Assembly (NCBI GenBank): GCA_963748015.1
Contig: CAVVHE010000009.1
Location: 512,001-576,000, forward strand
Direction of reading: 5' to 3'
Length of the DNA: 64,000 nucleotides
Origin: Terriglobia bacterium
GTDB taxonomy: Bacteria; Acidobacteriota; Polarisedimenticolia; Polarisedimenticolales; JAIQFR01
Part shown: piece after piece, positions 9,637 through 19,126 of the stretch
How the letters are laid out: the number at the start of each line of letters is the position of its first letter
How positions within the stretch are numbered: position 1 is the first letter of the stretch
Translations under genes and position numbers: made by a program
Notes under the pieces: model-generated
Databases searched by the model: none
What the model was told of the DNA's origin: nothing
What the model saw: the letters and a program-made list of their open reading frames with translations, nothing else

Positions 9637-10131
9637 CTACTTCTGCGCGATCTCGTACTGCGCGTGCTCGAGCATGTGCTGCCCGATCCACATCGCCATC
9701 ACGTCGCTCGGGAGGTGCCCCAGGGTCGGATCGACCGCGACCTCGCGGCCGGCGCGGTTGACCACATAGTGCACCTTCCTGCCGGGGACCCAGTTCTCCT
9801 TCATCGCCTCGCAGGGGACGCACTTCTCGTCGGTGCTGTCCGCGTACCGGAGGCCGTCGAGCGACACGAGGACGTCACCCACTTCGAAGCCGGCCGCCTC
9901 CGCGGGGCTCCCCGGCACGACCTTCTTGATCACCGTGGCCTTCACCCCCTTGCTCTCGTCCATCTCGATCCCGACCCAGCCGCGGGTCTTCATCTTCTGG
10001 ACCATCTTGTTGAGGCAGTCCTGCGTGCTGGCGGAGCACTTCTTCTTCTCCTTCTCCACGTCGCCGGCGAACGCCGGGAGGGCCATCAGGGCGACCAGGA
10101 GAGCCAGGGTCAGCGACTTCGCGTGTCTCAT
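9637..10131 (-). CDS. Small secreted PDZ-domain protein (paralogue 2)
   Basis: [10 protein letters not shown]; signal peptide MRHAKSLTLALLVALMALPAFA; RGWVGI; VVPGSPAEAAGFEVGDVL. Confidence 0.88.
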   Translation of the reverse strand: MRHAKSLTLALLVALMALPAFAGDVEKEKKKCSASTQDCLNKMVQKMKTRGWVGIEMDESKGVKATVIKKVVPGSPAEAAGFEVGDVLVSLDGLRYADSTDEKCVPCEAMKENWVPGRKVHYVVNRAGREVAVDPTLGHLPSDVMAMWIGQHMLEHAQYEIAQK

Positions 10132-10231
10132 GTTCCATTCTCCCTTGCGCCATCGCGTTGCCGCCGAGCCGGCGAGCCGCCGGGGATTCGACGCCGTACC
10201 GGCGCGGCGGGTCCGTTCTTCCTCGCAGGGG

Positions 10232-10304
10232 ACAATACGGAGCGCGCGCGTAAAGATCCCCAAGGGCAGGTAAAACGTTGTATCGCGTGTCAACGGCCTG
10301 TAAA
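10232..10304 (-). promoter_or_regulatory. Putative OmpR-family-type direct-repeat site with -10 box, upstream of PDZ paralogue 2
   Basis: TGTCAA (10288), TGTAAA (10299), GTAAA (10270 and 10250); minus-strand TATTGT at 10232-10237. Confidence 0.55.
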
Positions 10305-10414
10305 TGCGGGGACGAAGCATGAACCCGCCGGCGCCCGGCGGGGTATATTCGGACCCGGGCAGGGGGCCTCCCGGAGCCGGCCCTGTCGCTGCCCGTCACG
10401 CGTATACCCTGGGG

Positions 10415-12040
10415 GTGAACCCGGTGTCGAGGCTTGCCGCGCTGCTCGAGGGCCGGTCGTTGCGGCTCGGCTTCCTGGCCGCGTTCCTTCCCCTGCTCCT
10501 CGTGCTCGGGCTTCAGGTCTGGTGGCTGATCAAGCTCGAGCGGACATCCGTTCTCGCCGGCCGGGCCGTTTTCGCCGGCTTTCTCGACGCCGTCACGACG
10601 GAGGTCCTCTACTCGTACGGGCCGGGGGCCGAGCGGGCCCTGGACGTGCCCGCCTCGTTCCTCGCGCCGGACCGGCTCGAACGCCTCGCCGCGCACTTCC
10701 GCCGGTGGGACGTCGAGGGGGCGAAGAAGCTGTTCGCCGTCAGGTTCTCCGATGACGACTGGGGGACGCTGCTGTTCTACGATCCCGCCAGCGAATCGAT
10801 GGTTTCGCCGGCTGCTTCGGACGAGGCGCGCGCGGTCACCCTCGCCTGCGCCTCCTTCAAGCTCCTCCACTCGAAGGCGATCGCGGTCGAGTCCACGCGC
10901 CTCTCCGTCGAGGAGCGCGACCCCCGGAACCGCACGGTGCTCGCTCCGATCGTGGACCGCGAGTCCCGCGTGGTCGGCGTCGCCGGCCTCATCCTCGACT
11001 CGGACCACTTCACCCGGCGGGTGCTCCCGATGGCGGTGAAATCGTCGATCGAGAAGCTGTTCCCGCGCGGCGGGGCCGAAGTGGTCGTGTCGGTCCGCGA
11101 CGGGAACGGCACTCTCTGCTTCTCGACCGACCCGTCGGATGTCCGCCCCGCCGACGCCGAGCGCTCGTTCTCCTTCGTGTTCACGGACCACAGGATCGGG
11201 ATCCGAAGTCGCAGCATGACGCCGGAACGGCTCGCGCGGGTGAGCTTCGCGTTCAACCTCGGGCTCTCGCTCGTGGCCGCGGCGCTGCTGATCGGCGGGC
11301 TCGCCCTGGTCCTGGGCAACACGGCCCGCGAGATGAAGCTCTCGCGCATGAAGTCCGACTTCGTCTCGAACGTGTCGCACGAGCTCAGGACGCCGCTGGC
11401 CTCGATCCGCGTCTTCGGAGAGTTCCTGCGTCTCGGTCGGGCGGCGACGCCCGAGAAGGTGCGGGAGTACGGCGAGTACATCGAAGGGGAAAGCCGCAGG
11501 CTGACGCAGCTCGTGAACAACATCCTCGACTTCGCGAAGATCGAGTCCGGTGCCAAGACCTACCGCCTCGAGACCGGCGACGTGGCCGAGGTACTCTCCG
11601 CGGCGCTCAGGACGTTCGAGGTGCGATCGAAGCACGAGGGGTTCGAGGTCGAGACGCACTGGCCGGAGGAGCCGGTGCCGCCGGCGCGGATCGACGCCGA
11701 TGCGCTCGGCCAGGCGTTCCACAATCTCCTGGACAACGCGGTCAAGTACTCGGGGGATTCCCGCTGGATCTGCGTCGGCCTCGAGCGCCGCGCCGCCGAG
11801 ATCGTCGTCTCGGTGGAGGACGCCGGCGTCGGCATCTCCGCGGAGGAGCAGAGGAAGATCTTCGACCGGTTCCACCGGGTGGGAACCGGCCTGGTCCACG
11901 ACGTGCGCGGGAGCGGGCTCGGTCTCGCGATCGTCCGGCACGTCGTCGAGGCCCACGGAGGCCGCGTGACGGTCGAGAGCGAGCCCGGACGGGGAAGCCG
12001 GTTCTCGGTACACCTGCCTGTCAAGGGCGGAGAGGGGTAG
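10415..12040 (+). CDS. Membrane sensor histidine kinase (HisKA + HATPase_c)
   Basis: Two TM segments; H-box [14 protein letters not shown]-box [28 protein letters not shown] start is inferred. Confidence 0.93.
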   Translation: MNPVSRLAALLEGRSLRLGFLAAFLPLLLVLGLQVWWLIKLERTSVLAGRAVFAGFLDAVTTEVLYSYGPGAERALDVPASFLAPDRLERLAAHFRRWDVEGAKKLFAVRFSDDDWGTLLFYDPASESMVSPAASDEARAVTLACASFKLLHSKAIAVESTRLSVEERDPRNRTVLAPIVDRESRVVGVAGLILDSDHFTRRVLPMAVKSSIEKLFPRGGAEVVVSVRDGNGTLCFSTDPSDVRPADAERSFSFVFTDHRIGIRSRSMTPERLARVSFAFNLGLSLVAAALLIGGLALVLGNTAREMKLSRMKSDFVSNVSHELRTPLASIRVFGEFLRLGRAATPEKVREYGEYIEGESRRLTQLVNNILDFAKIESGAKTYRLETGDVAEVLSAALRTFEVRSKHEGFEVETHWPEEPVPPARIDADALGQAFHNLLDNAVKYSGDSRWICVGLERRAAEIVVSVEDAGVGISAEEQRKIFDRFHRVGTGLVHDVRGSGLGLAIVRHVVEAHGGRVTVESEPGRGSRFSVHLPVKGGEG

Positions 12041-12047
12041 GCGACTC

Positions 12048-12728
12048 ATGCCGAAGGTCCTGATCGTCGAGGACGACGAGGCGATGGCGGCCGCGCTCAA
12101 GGACGGCTTCGAATACGAGGGCTACGCGGCCACGGTTGCGAGGGACGGCGTTCAAGGGCTCAAGCTCGCCTCCGAGGGCTGCCCCGACCTGATCGTCCTG
12201 GACCTGATGCTTCCGAGGCTGAGCGGTCTCGACGTCTGCAAGCGACTGCGAGAGGGGGGAAGCGACGTCCCGATCATCATGCTGACCGCGCGAGGCCAGG
12301 AGATCGACAAGGTCGTGGGGCTCAGGACCGGCGCGGACGACTACGTGACGAAGCCGTTCGGCTTCATGGAGCTGATGGCCCGCGTCGAGGCCGTCCTCCG
12401 CCGCGCCCGCGCCCCGTCGAAGCACGGCCAGGTCTGCCGCTTCGGTGACGTGGAGGTGGACTTCGCGAAGTGCGAAGCGCGAAAGGGGAAGGCGCCCGTC
12501 GAGCTCTCCGCGCTCGAGCTGCGGCTGCTCGAATTCTTCGTGGAGCACCGGGGAGAGGTCCTGAGCCGGGATCGCCTCCTGACCTCGGTGTGGAGATACG
12601 AGGGGAGCGCGTTCAGCCGGACCGTGGACGTGCACGTCGCGAAGCTCAGGCGCAAGATCGAGGACAAGCCGGACGACCCCCGCCACATCGTTACAGTCCA
12701 CGGCCTCGGCTACAAGTTCACGGGCTGA
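12048..12728 (+). CDS. OmpR/PhoB-family response regulator
   Basis: [26 protein letters not shown]; winged helix [15 protein letters not shown]...TVHGLGYKF. Confidence 0.95.
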   Translation: MPKVLIVEDDEAMAAALKDGFEYEGYAATVARDGVQGLKLASEGCPDLIVLDLMLPRLSGLDVCKRLREGGSDVPIIMLTARGQEIDKVVGLRTGADDYVTKPFGFMELMARVEAVLRRARAPSKHGQVCRFGDVEVDFAKCEARKGKAPVELSALELRLLEFFVEHRGEVLSRDRLLTSVWRYEGSAFSRTVDVHVAKLRRKIEDKPDDPRHIVTVHGLGYKFTG

Positions 12729-12816
12729 GCGACGGGCCCGTCGCGAGCGCCTCTCCCCGGGGGCCGGAAGCGACGCCGCGCCGCGACACCCCGCCGCCGG
12801 CGGCAGCCTCCCACCG

Positions 12817-13839
12817 CTATCTCACCGGCACGTACACCCGCGTGATCAGCCGGTCCTCGGCCGTGTTGCCGGGATCGCTCACGTACTCGTCCCACGGCGG
12901 GCCTGCCATCTCGTACCCGTGAGCCGCCACGAAGGCGAAAAGCTTCTCGTACACCTTCGGGAGTCCCTGGTAGGAGCCGACGTGTGTCGCGCGGACCGCC
13001 TTGCCGGCGTACATGCGCTTGATCTTCACGGACGAGCCGGCCGAAGCCTCCTTCGCGGGTTCCCTGTCCAACGGGACGGCGGCGTCGAATTCGTAGACGT
13101 CCCCCTCCCACTTGGTGTTGACCGTGATGGGAGGGCCCGCCTGCTTGAGGCCCGAGGACCCGAGGAAGCGCCCGATCTCGCCGTAGGCCGCCCCGATGGC
13201 CGAGCCCATGGCCTTCTCGTCCTTGGGGCTCTTGCCCGAGACGTACGCGACGGTGACCGGTTGGATCTCGAGCACCTCGGCCTCCAGGGCGGAGAAGTCC
13301 GCCTGCGGGAGGGCCTCGGCGAACTTCTTGAGCCCGGCGAGCCCGGCCTCGAAGTCCTTGCCGATGATCCGGTCGAGCATGAGGCCGAGGTAGCGCGTGA
13401 ACGGATTGCGGCCGAGATCGGTGTCGAACCCCCAGGACACCTTCGTCTTGCTCCCCTCGGGGGCCAGGGTGAAAAGGGTGACCGCGATCCCCTCCGGCCC
13501 GAAGTCGAGCCGGGTCTTGACGCGCGACGGGGGCACGCTTTCCAGGATCTCCTGGCTGCCGGAGCCGACCGTCTTGGGGTTTCCGACCCAGCTCATCTTC
13601 GCGCCCACGCCCGTTTCGGGGCCGGAGTACGCGTACTTCGCCGCGGGATCCATCGCGTACCACGGCGACCACCTGTTGAACGTCCGGAAGCCGTTGACCA
13701 GCACGAACAGGGTCGTCGTGGGCGCGGCGATGACCGTGGAGCGCTCGACGTGGACGGAACCCGGGAGGAGCAGCCCGGCGCCAGCAATCGCGGCGACGAG
13801 GACGACGAGGATCAGCAGAAAGGCCTTGAGAATCTTCAT
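12817..13839 (-). CDS. SRPBCC domain plus GyrI-like small-molecule-binding domain protein, N-terminal TM
   Basis: HVERSTVIAAP...WSPW...GKDFEAGLAGLK, then HVGSYQGL...GPPWDEYVSDPG...TRVYVPV. Confidence 0.85.
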   Translation of the reverse strand: MKILKAFLLILVVLVAAIAGAGLLLPGSVHVERSTVIAAPTTTLFVLVNGFRTFNRWSPWYAMDPAAKYAYSGPETGVGAKMSWVGNPKTVGSGSQEILESVPPSRVKTRLDFGPEGIAVTLFTLAPEGSKTKVSWGFDTDLGRNPFTRYLGLMLDRIIGKDFEAGLAGLKKFAEALPQADFSALEAEVLEIQPVTVAYVSGKSPKDEKAMGSAIGAAYGEIGRFLGSSGLKQAGPPITVNTKWEGDVYEFDAAVPLDREPAKEASAGSSVKIKRMYAGKAVRATHVGSYQGLPKVYEKLFAFVAAHGYEMAGPPWDEYVSDPGNTAEDRLITRVYVPVR

Positions 13840-13863
13840 GGCGGCGGCCGCCTTCCCCGCGCG

Positions 13864-15312
13864 CTACCGTGAATACAGATCGATCATCCGCTCGATCGCC
13901 CGGCGGCAGACCTTGCAGAAGCCGACCTCGTCGCGGGTGAACATGATGCAGTCCGTCTGTCCCCGGTAGAGCCCTTTCGCCTGGTAGGAGGCTCCCTCGA
14001 ACGCCCCCACCTTGCCGGAGTTCGCCATTCCCGCGAGCATCGGCGTGTCGGTCTTCTGCTGCTCGCGGAACAGCGCGTCGAACTCGGACTCGGGGGCCTT
14101 GCGCGCGATCAGCTCGCGGCGCTTCACGAGGTACTCGCGGGCCTTCTTCTCCCAGGCTTCCTTGTCCCAGGTCGTGGGAAGCGGCGTGCCGGCGTCCACG
14201 AGGTCGCGCCACTTGAGCCGCGCCGGGTCGCGCAGGGCGGTGACGTTGGGCTCCCACGGCTCCGGGCGGTCCGGCGGGGCCTCGGTGTAGGCGACGGGGG
14301 ACATGTAGTACTCGTCGCCGAGGCCCGCGAAGTGGTGTCCGAACTCGTGGACGAAGACGTAGTCGGCGAACGCGGTGTCCACGGACGCCGTGGCCTGGAA
14401 GTTGAAGATGCCGCCGCCGCCGTACTGCTTCTCGTTGACGAGGATCTCGACGAACTCGTACGGCGCCGCCCCCAGCACGTCGCGGAGGGAGCGGTTGTCG
14501 TAGGTCAGCAGGTACCGCTCGCTGTCGAAGATGTTGTACTCGGCGGACACCGGCGTGCGGCGGAACTTCGCGACGTGCGGCCGGTTCACGCCGGACTCGG
14601 CCGACGGCAGGTCGATCGCGCGGACGTTGAAATCGCCCTTGCGGCTCTTGAACGGCTCGGTCGCGAAGAGCTTGTCCACGAGACGCCGCGCGTCGGCGTG
14701 GAACTTCGGCATCTCCGCCGCCGCGTACCCCTCGCCAAGGATCAAGAGATCCACCTTCTCCGTGGGCGGTCCGCTCTCGAGGATCGTCCAGACGTTGCCC
14801 GACGGCGCGGCGTCGGCGGCGTTCACGAACCGCGAGCCCGGGTCCACGCGCGTCGCCCAGAGCTCGTGGAACAGGCCGTCGGGCCCCCGCTTCTTCAGGA
14901 CGAGCTGGACCGGGCGCTTCGGCCACGGGAAGCGCAGCGACTCGTGAAAGGTCCTCGCCACGGTCTTCGATTCGTCGGTCGTCTCCCACTCGCCGTAAAG
15001 CGAGGCGAACCCGCGCGAGTAGAGGACGCGGTTCGTCTCCGGATCGGCGACCTCGAAGAGGTAGGAGCCGAGGTTCAGGTCGTCGAGCAGCCGCGAGAGG
15101 CTTCCGGCCCACGGTCCGTCGGAGACGACGCGGTCGAGCGCGACGATCTCGCGCCCGAGACCCCCCGTGTGGAAGTAGTCGAGGCGCATCGTCTTGGGGA
15201 GGAACTGGGCGTCGAAGCCGGCGCCCGCCGACGCCCCCGCGGGCGGGTGCTCCATCGCGACGACGGCGAGAGCGGCGACGAGGAGGACGAACGGGACGAG
15301 ACGGCGCGGCAT
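13864..15312 (-). CDS. Secreted M64-family (IgA peptidase-like) metallopeptidase
   Basis: GGAGG RBS; signal peptide; KTMRLDYFHTG N-domain; YGGGG; HEFGH..GLGDEY; C-terminal DCIM...FCKVC. Confidence 0.9.
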   Translation of the reverse strand: MPRRLVPFVLLVAALAVVAMEHPPAGASAGAGFDAQFLPKTMRLDYFHTGGLGREIVALDRVVSDGPWAGSLSRLLDDLNLGSYLFEVADPETNRVLYSRGFASLYGEWETTDESKTVARTFHESLRFPWPKRPVQLVLKKRGPDGLFHELWATRVDPGSRFVNAADAAPSGNVWTILESGPPTEKVDLLILGEGYAAAEMPKFHADARRLVDKLFATEPFKSRKGDFNVRAIDLPSAESGVNRPHVAKFRRTPVSAEYNIFDSERYLLTYDNRSLRDVLGAAPYEFVEILVNEKQYGGGGIFNFQATASVDTAFADYVFVHEFGHHFAGLGDEYYMSPVAYTEAPPDRPEPWEPNVTALRDPARLKWRDLVDAGTPLPTTWDKEAWEKKAREYLVKRRELIARKAPESEFDALFREQQKTDTPMLAGMANSGKVGAFEGASYQAKGLYRGQTDCIMFTRDEVGFCKVCRRAIERMIDLYSR

Positions 15313-15395
15313 GGGAGGATCCTCCATGGAGACGATCAGGATAGCCGATCGCATGGAGGGGCGTTCTCCGCGCCACCCGCGCGAACGGAGCAGGC

Positions 15396-17669
15396 CTATC
15401 GACCCTCGCGATGGAGACCGGCGGCGAGGGCGAGGATGGCGGCCGCGAGCGCCACGGCGCCGGTCGGCCAGGGCCAGGGGCTCGGCGCGGCCGGGTCGGA
15501 GCCTCGGGCCGGCCTCGGCACGGGGACGACGCCGCCGTTGCCGAGCGTCACGAGGCCGGCCCACGCGGCGACCGGCGCGCCGGAGGCGATCGCCCTGCGC
15601 TGGGCCGAGGCGAGGGCGTCGGCCACGCTCTGTCCCTCGGCGATCGCCGCCGAGAAGTCCCGCATCAGCGCGGCCGTCTCGTCGTCCCGGAGCGGCCAGA
15701 GGCTACCGACCACCGCTCGCGAGCCGGCCTCGAAGAACGAGCGGGCCAGGCCCATCACGCCTTCGCCGTCGATCCACGCGCCCGAAGCGCTCCGGCACGC
15801 GGTCAGGATCACCGTCTGGCCCCGCAAGCGCAGGTCCACGATCTCCTTCATTTGCAGGAAGCCGTCCTCGCCGTCTCCCGGCGCGAGAAGGACCGCCGAG
15901 CGCTCCGGTCGCTCGTCGTCCAGCACCGCGTGCGCAGCGAGGTGGACGACGCCGAAGCGCTTCAGGTCGGCCTTCTTCAGAGCGGCTTCGGTCGCGCCGG
16001 CCCCGACCAGCACGACGCTCGCGCCGGGGAGGGCCGCGGCCATGCCGGCGGCCTCGTCGCGGGCGCGGGGAAGCGGGTCCGTCGTGCGGCGCTCCGGCGC
16101 GCCGCCGCCGGCCGGCGCACTCCCGCCCGAGCCGGACGCGACCGCGGGATCCGCGAGGGCGAACACACTCGGTTCGGCGGACCCGTCCCCCGTCTTCTCC
16201 TTCCACCGGGACCAAAGCGTTGCGGAGGGGGCGAGCTCGATCGAGAAGCGCTCCGCGAGCGGGCGGCCGTCCTCGCCGGGCAGCGCCCCGAACGGCAGCC
16301 GGCTCAGGCAGCCGTCGGGAACGATCACGAGACGCTTCACTTCGCGGCCCAGCTTGCCCAAGGGGATTCCGAGCAGGTTCCTGTACAGGTCGGCACCGAC
16401 GAGCGCTCCGGAGTCGTCCCGCCTGCGGTAGAGGCCCAGGAGCACCGCAACCTGGTCCGGGAGGTCCTGCACCTTCGAGATCGGGAAGGCCGAGGCCCCC
16501 GCGCGCGTCACGAGAATCGCCCACGCCCCACCCTCGTACATCCGCGGGTCCGGAAAGAGCATCCCGACGGAGTAGTGGAACGACAGCAGCGCCTGGTCCG
16601 GCGCGAGACGATCGCGGATCTTCTCCAGGGATACCGGGGGAGTGCCCGCCACCCTCGCCCCCGCGACGCGCGCTCCCGCGGCGTCCATCACGTCGAGGAG
16701 GACGCGAGCGCGCATCCGCTCGACGGTCGTGAAGGCGAGATCGATATCGCCCGCGGGATCGGGAGAGGCAGCGAGTCCGTCGAGGAGCCTCCCCGCGAAC
16801 CGGTAGTAGATAAACGCCCACTGCGAGAACAGGCGGGCGCGGACCACCTCGTCGGACTGCAGGTCGCGGATCCTCTCGACCGCCTCGATCGCCCGGACGT
16901 GCGCGTCGATCCACCGCTCGCGCTCCCCGCCCTTCCAGACCAGCCACGACCGGACGATCAGCCCCCGCGCCGTGTCCTGGAGGTCGCCGTCGCCCTTGGC
17001 TTCCTCGATGACCTCGTCGAGCCACCGCTCGGCCTCGGCCCGGCGGCCGGGGTCGGCGTCGGTGACGTACCAAGCGAGGAGGCGCCGGGCGAAGCGCGCG
17101 CTTTGACGGTCGCCGAGCTTCCGGCCGATCTCGAGCGCCTTCTCGAACTGCACGATCCCGTCGGCCCCGTACAGAAGCTGGCCGAGGAGGAGTCTCGCCC
17201 GCGCCTCCGCGCCGGGGTTCCCCGCGCGCACCGCGGCGTCGATCGCTTTCGTCGCCTCGCGCACGACGTCCGCGCGGTCCATCTCCCCCAGAGTCCTGAG
17301 GCGGCCCGCGAGGATCGCGACGCTGTATCGCGCACGGGCCTCGCCGAAGAGGTCGCCCGAGCGCCGGAGCGTTTCCGCCTGCTCGAGGTACGCGGCGCGC
17401 GACGCCCGGAACTGCCCGAGCGCCCAGAGCACGCGTCCCCTGCCGGCGAGAATGGCAGCGCGGAGATCCGCCGGGCCGTCCGGGAACGCGGCCGACTCGG
17501 CTTCTTTCAGGAGGGCGGCCGCGCGGCCGTAGTCGAGCCGCTCGATCGCCTGCGACGCCTCCGCCGTCTGCGCCCGCGCGCGGGCATGGGGATCGCCGCT
17601 CTCGGCGGGCGCCGCGGGTCCGGTTCCGCCGATCAGCGCGAGGGCCAGGAGGAGCTTCCCTGTTCTCAT
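15396..17669 (-). CDS. TPR-CHAT (caspase-fold) protease with N-terminal signal peptide and C-terminal hydrophobic anchor
   Basis: LVIVPDGCLSRLPFGAL; VVHLAAHA (His); VILTACRS (Cys); GEGVMGLARSF; VVGSLWPL. ATGA overlap with the upstream gene. Confidence 0.9.
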   Translation of the reverse strand: MRTGKLLLALALIGGTGPAAPAESGDPHARARAQTAEASQAIERLDYGRAAALLKEAESAAFPDGPADLRAAILAGRGRVLWALGQFRASRAAYLEQAETLRRSGDLFGEARARYSVAILAGRLRTLGEMDRADVVREATKAIDAAVRAGNPGAEARARLLLGQLLYGADGIVQFEKALEIGRKLGDRQSARFARRLLAWYVTDADPGRRAEAERWLDEVIEEAKGDGDLQDTARGLIVRSWLVWKGGERERWIDAHVRAIEAVERIRDLQSDEVVRARLFSQWAFIYYRFAGRLLDGLAASPDPAGDIDLAFTTVERMRARVLLDVMDAAGARVAGARVAGTPPVSLEKIRDRLAPDQALLSFHYSVGMLFPDPRMYEGGAWAILVTRAGASAFPISKVQDLPDQVAVLLGLYRRRDDSGALVGADLYRNLLGIPLGKLGREVKRLVIVPDGCLSRLPFGALPGEDGRPLAERFSIELAPSATLWSRWKEKTGDGSAEPSVFALADPAVASGSGGSAPAGGGAPERRTTDPLPRARDEAAGMAAALPGASVVLVGAGATEAALKKADLKRFGVVHLAAHAVLDDERPERSAVLLAPGDGEDGFLQMKEIVDLRLRGQTVILTACRSASGAWIDGEGVMGLARSFFEAGSRAVVGSLWPLRDDETAALMRDFSAAIAEGQSVADALASAQRRAIASGAPVAAWAGLVTLGNGGVVPVPRPARGSDPAAPSPWPWPTGAVALAAAILALAAGLHREGR

Positions 17670-18328
17670 TCGACCTGGACGATGAAGGTCGCGGAATCCG
17701 AGACGCGGCCGTCCGGCAGGTAGGCCGTCACCTGCCAGAGGATCTTGGTTCCCGACGCGGCCCCCGCGAGCGACGACGGGGGCACCCGGAACTCGGGGCG
17801 GTCGAGCTTGTATCCGCGAGCGATCGGGCCGCGGCCCGTCGCGATCACTCGAACGTCGTACGTGCTCCCCTCGGGCCCGGCGCTCCAACGCAAGAGGAAG
17901 CCGTCCCGTGGAAGAGCCGCCGGCGCGTCGCCGGCGGGGCGGATCCACGAGCCCTCCTCGGAGCGGTAGACCGGCGCGCTCGCCGGCCGGACCCTCACGG
18001 CCTCGAGGGTCAGGAAGGCGGCAGCGATCAGAACGGCCGCGGCGGCGAGAGGCGCCCATCCTCTCCAGTCGAGGCGCCGCGGCGCAACGGGCTGCGAAGC
18101 GACCGCCTCGGCGCCCGCAAGGTCTCGCGCGATGCGCCATGCGGCGGAGCACGGCGCGCACGCCGCCAGGTGCCGGACCAGTCTCTCGTTCTCGCCGGGA
18201 CTCAGATGCTCGTGCGCCGACTCCCAGAGACGCTCCGGCGCCGGGCAATCCCCGAGCGGCCCGGGAAGGCTCTCCGAGAGCACGAAGGCCTCGCGCAGCC
18301 GGCCGCCTTCAGCTTCGCCGATCGTCAT
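17666..18328 (-). CDS. zf-HC2/ZAS-type membrane anti-sigma factor
   Basis: CP...HLAACAPC (HxxxCxxC); single TM WAPLAAAAVLIAAAFLTL; C-terminal beta-rich domain. ATGA overlaps on both sides. Confidence 0.85.
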   Translation of the reverse strand: MTIGEAEGGRLREAFVLSESLPGPLGDCPAPERLWESAHEHLSPGENERLVRHLAACAPCSAAWRIARDLAGAEAVASQPVAPRRLDWRGWAPLAAAAVLIAAAFLTLEAVRVRPASAPVYRSEEGSWIRPAGDAPAALPRDGFLLRWSAGPEGSTYDVRVIATGRGPIARGYKLDRPEFRVPPSSLAGAASGTKILWQVTAYLPDGRVSDSATFIVQVE

Positions 18329-18849
18329 GGCTCGAGCCCTTTGCCCTTCAGGCACTCGCGGAGATCCTTGAGGCCGCGGTAGACCAGGTTCTCGGCCCGC
18401 TTGGGCGGCCACGCGAGGCGCCGCGCCGTCTCGGGAACCGAGCAACCCTCGAGGTAGAGGGTCAGCGCCAGGCTCCTCGATCCGCCGATGCGCACGAGAC
18501 AATCGCGGATGTGGGCCGCGATCTCCCGGGCGCTCGCGCGTCGCTCGGGGTCCGGGTCCGGCGAGGCCCAGCGCTCGACGTCCTCCCGGCTCTCCATGGA
18601 CGTCTCCCTCCGGCGGTACAGGCGGCGGATCTCGTTCGCGGTCGCGCCGTAGGCCGCCTTCTCCAGGTAGATACCCGCGAAGGTGCCGGTCCCCTCACCC
18701 CGGGCGATGGTGGACGCGAGCTGGGTCAGGACGGTCTGGACGATGTCGTCGGCCTGCCGCGCCAGCCAGGCGGGGCAGGTCCGCCGGACAGCGGAGACCA
18801 CCCTGCGGCGAAGCTCCTCGGCGGCTGCGGGGTCGAGCGGCAAGTCCAC
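18325..18849 (-). CDS. ECF sigma factor
   Basis: Region 2 QADDIVQTVL...YLEKAAYGATANEIRR; region 4 LYLEGCSVPETARRL...AENLVYRGLKDLRECL. GTG start is uncertain. Confidence 0.85.
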   Translation of the reverse strand: MDLPLDPAAAEELRRRVVSAVRRTCPAWLARQADDIVQTVLTQLASTIARGEGTGTFAGIYLEKAAYGATANEIRRLYRRRETSMESREDVERWASPDPDPERRASAREIAAHIRDCLVRIGGSRSLALTLYLEGCSVPETARRLAWPPKRAENLVYRGLKDLRECLKGKGLEP

Positions 18850-19126
18850 CTCGAGGCACCCCGGCCGGGTGGGACCGGTCCGGGGAGGACAGCCTCCAGG
18901 AAATGTACCGAAAAACCGTCCTTCGCGCAGAAAAACCCGGGGAACGGGCATTCCCGGGCCCTCGCCGGAAACGTGCATCCCGCTCGGCCCCCTCGTGAGG
19001 GAGAAGGGCCGTGCCTGGTTATACATCCATATGAACACATCACCACCCGGGTGGGGCAGATCAGCCGATCCGACGCCCCGGGAACGCGCGCCGCAAACGG
19101 CGCGCCGCGAGCGAGGGAGGTATCCC

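Noticed and set aside
15396..17669. CHAT gene as part of a type III-E CRISPR or gasdermin defence locus
   Set aside because: No cas, gasdermin or other recognisable defence gene is in the window, and the predicted topology is extracytoplasmic.
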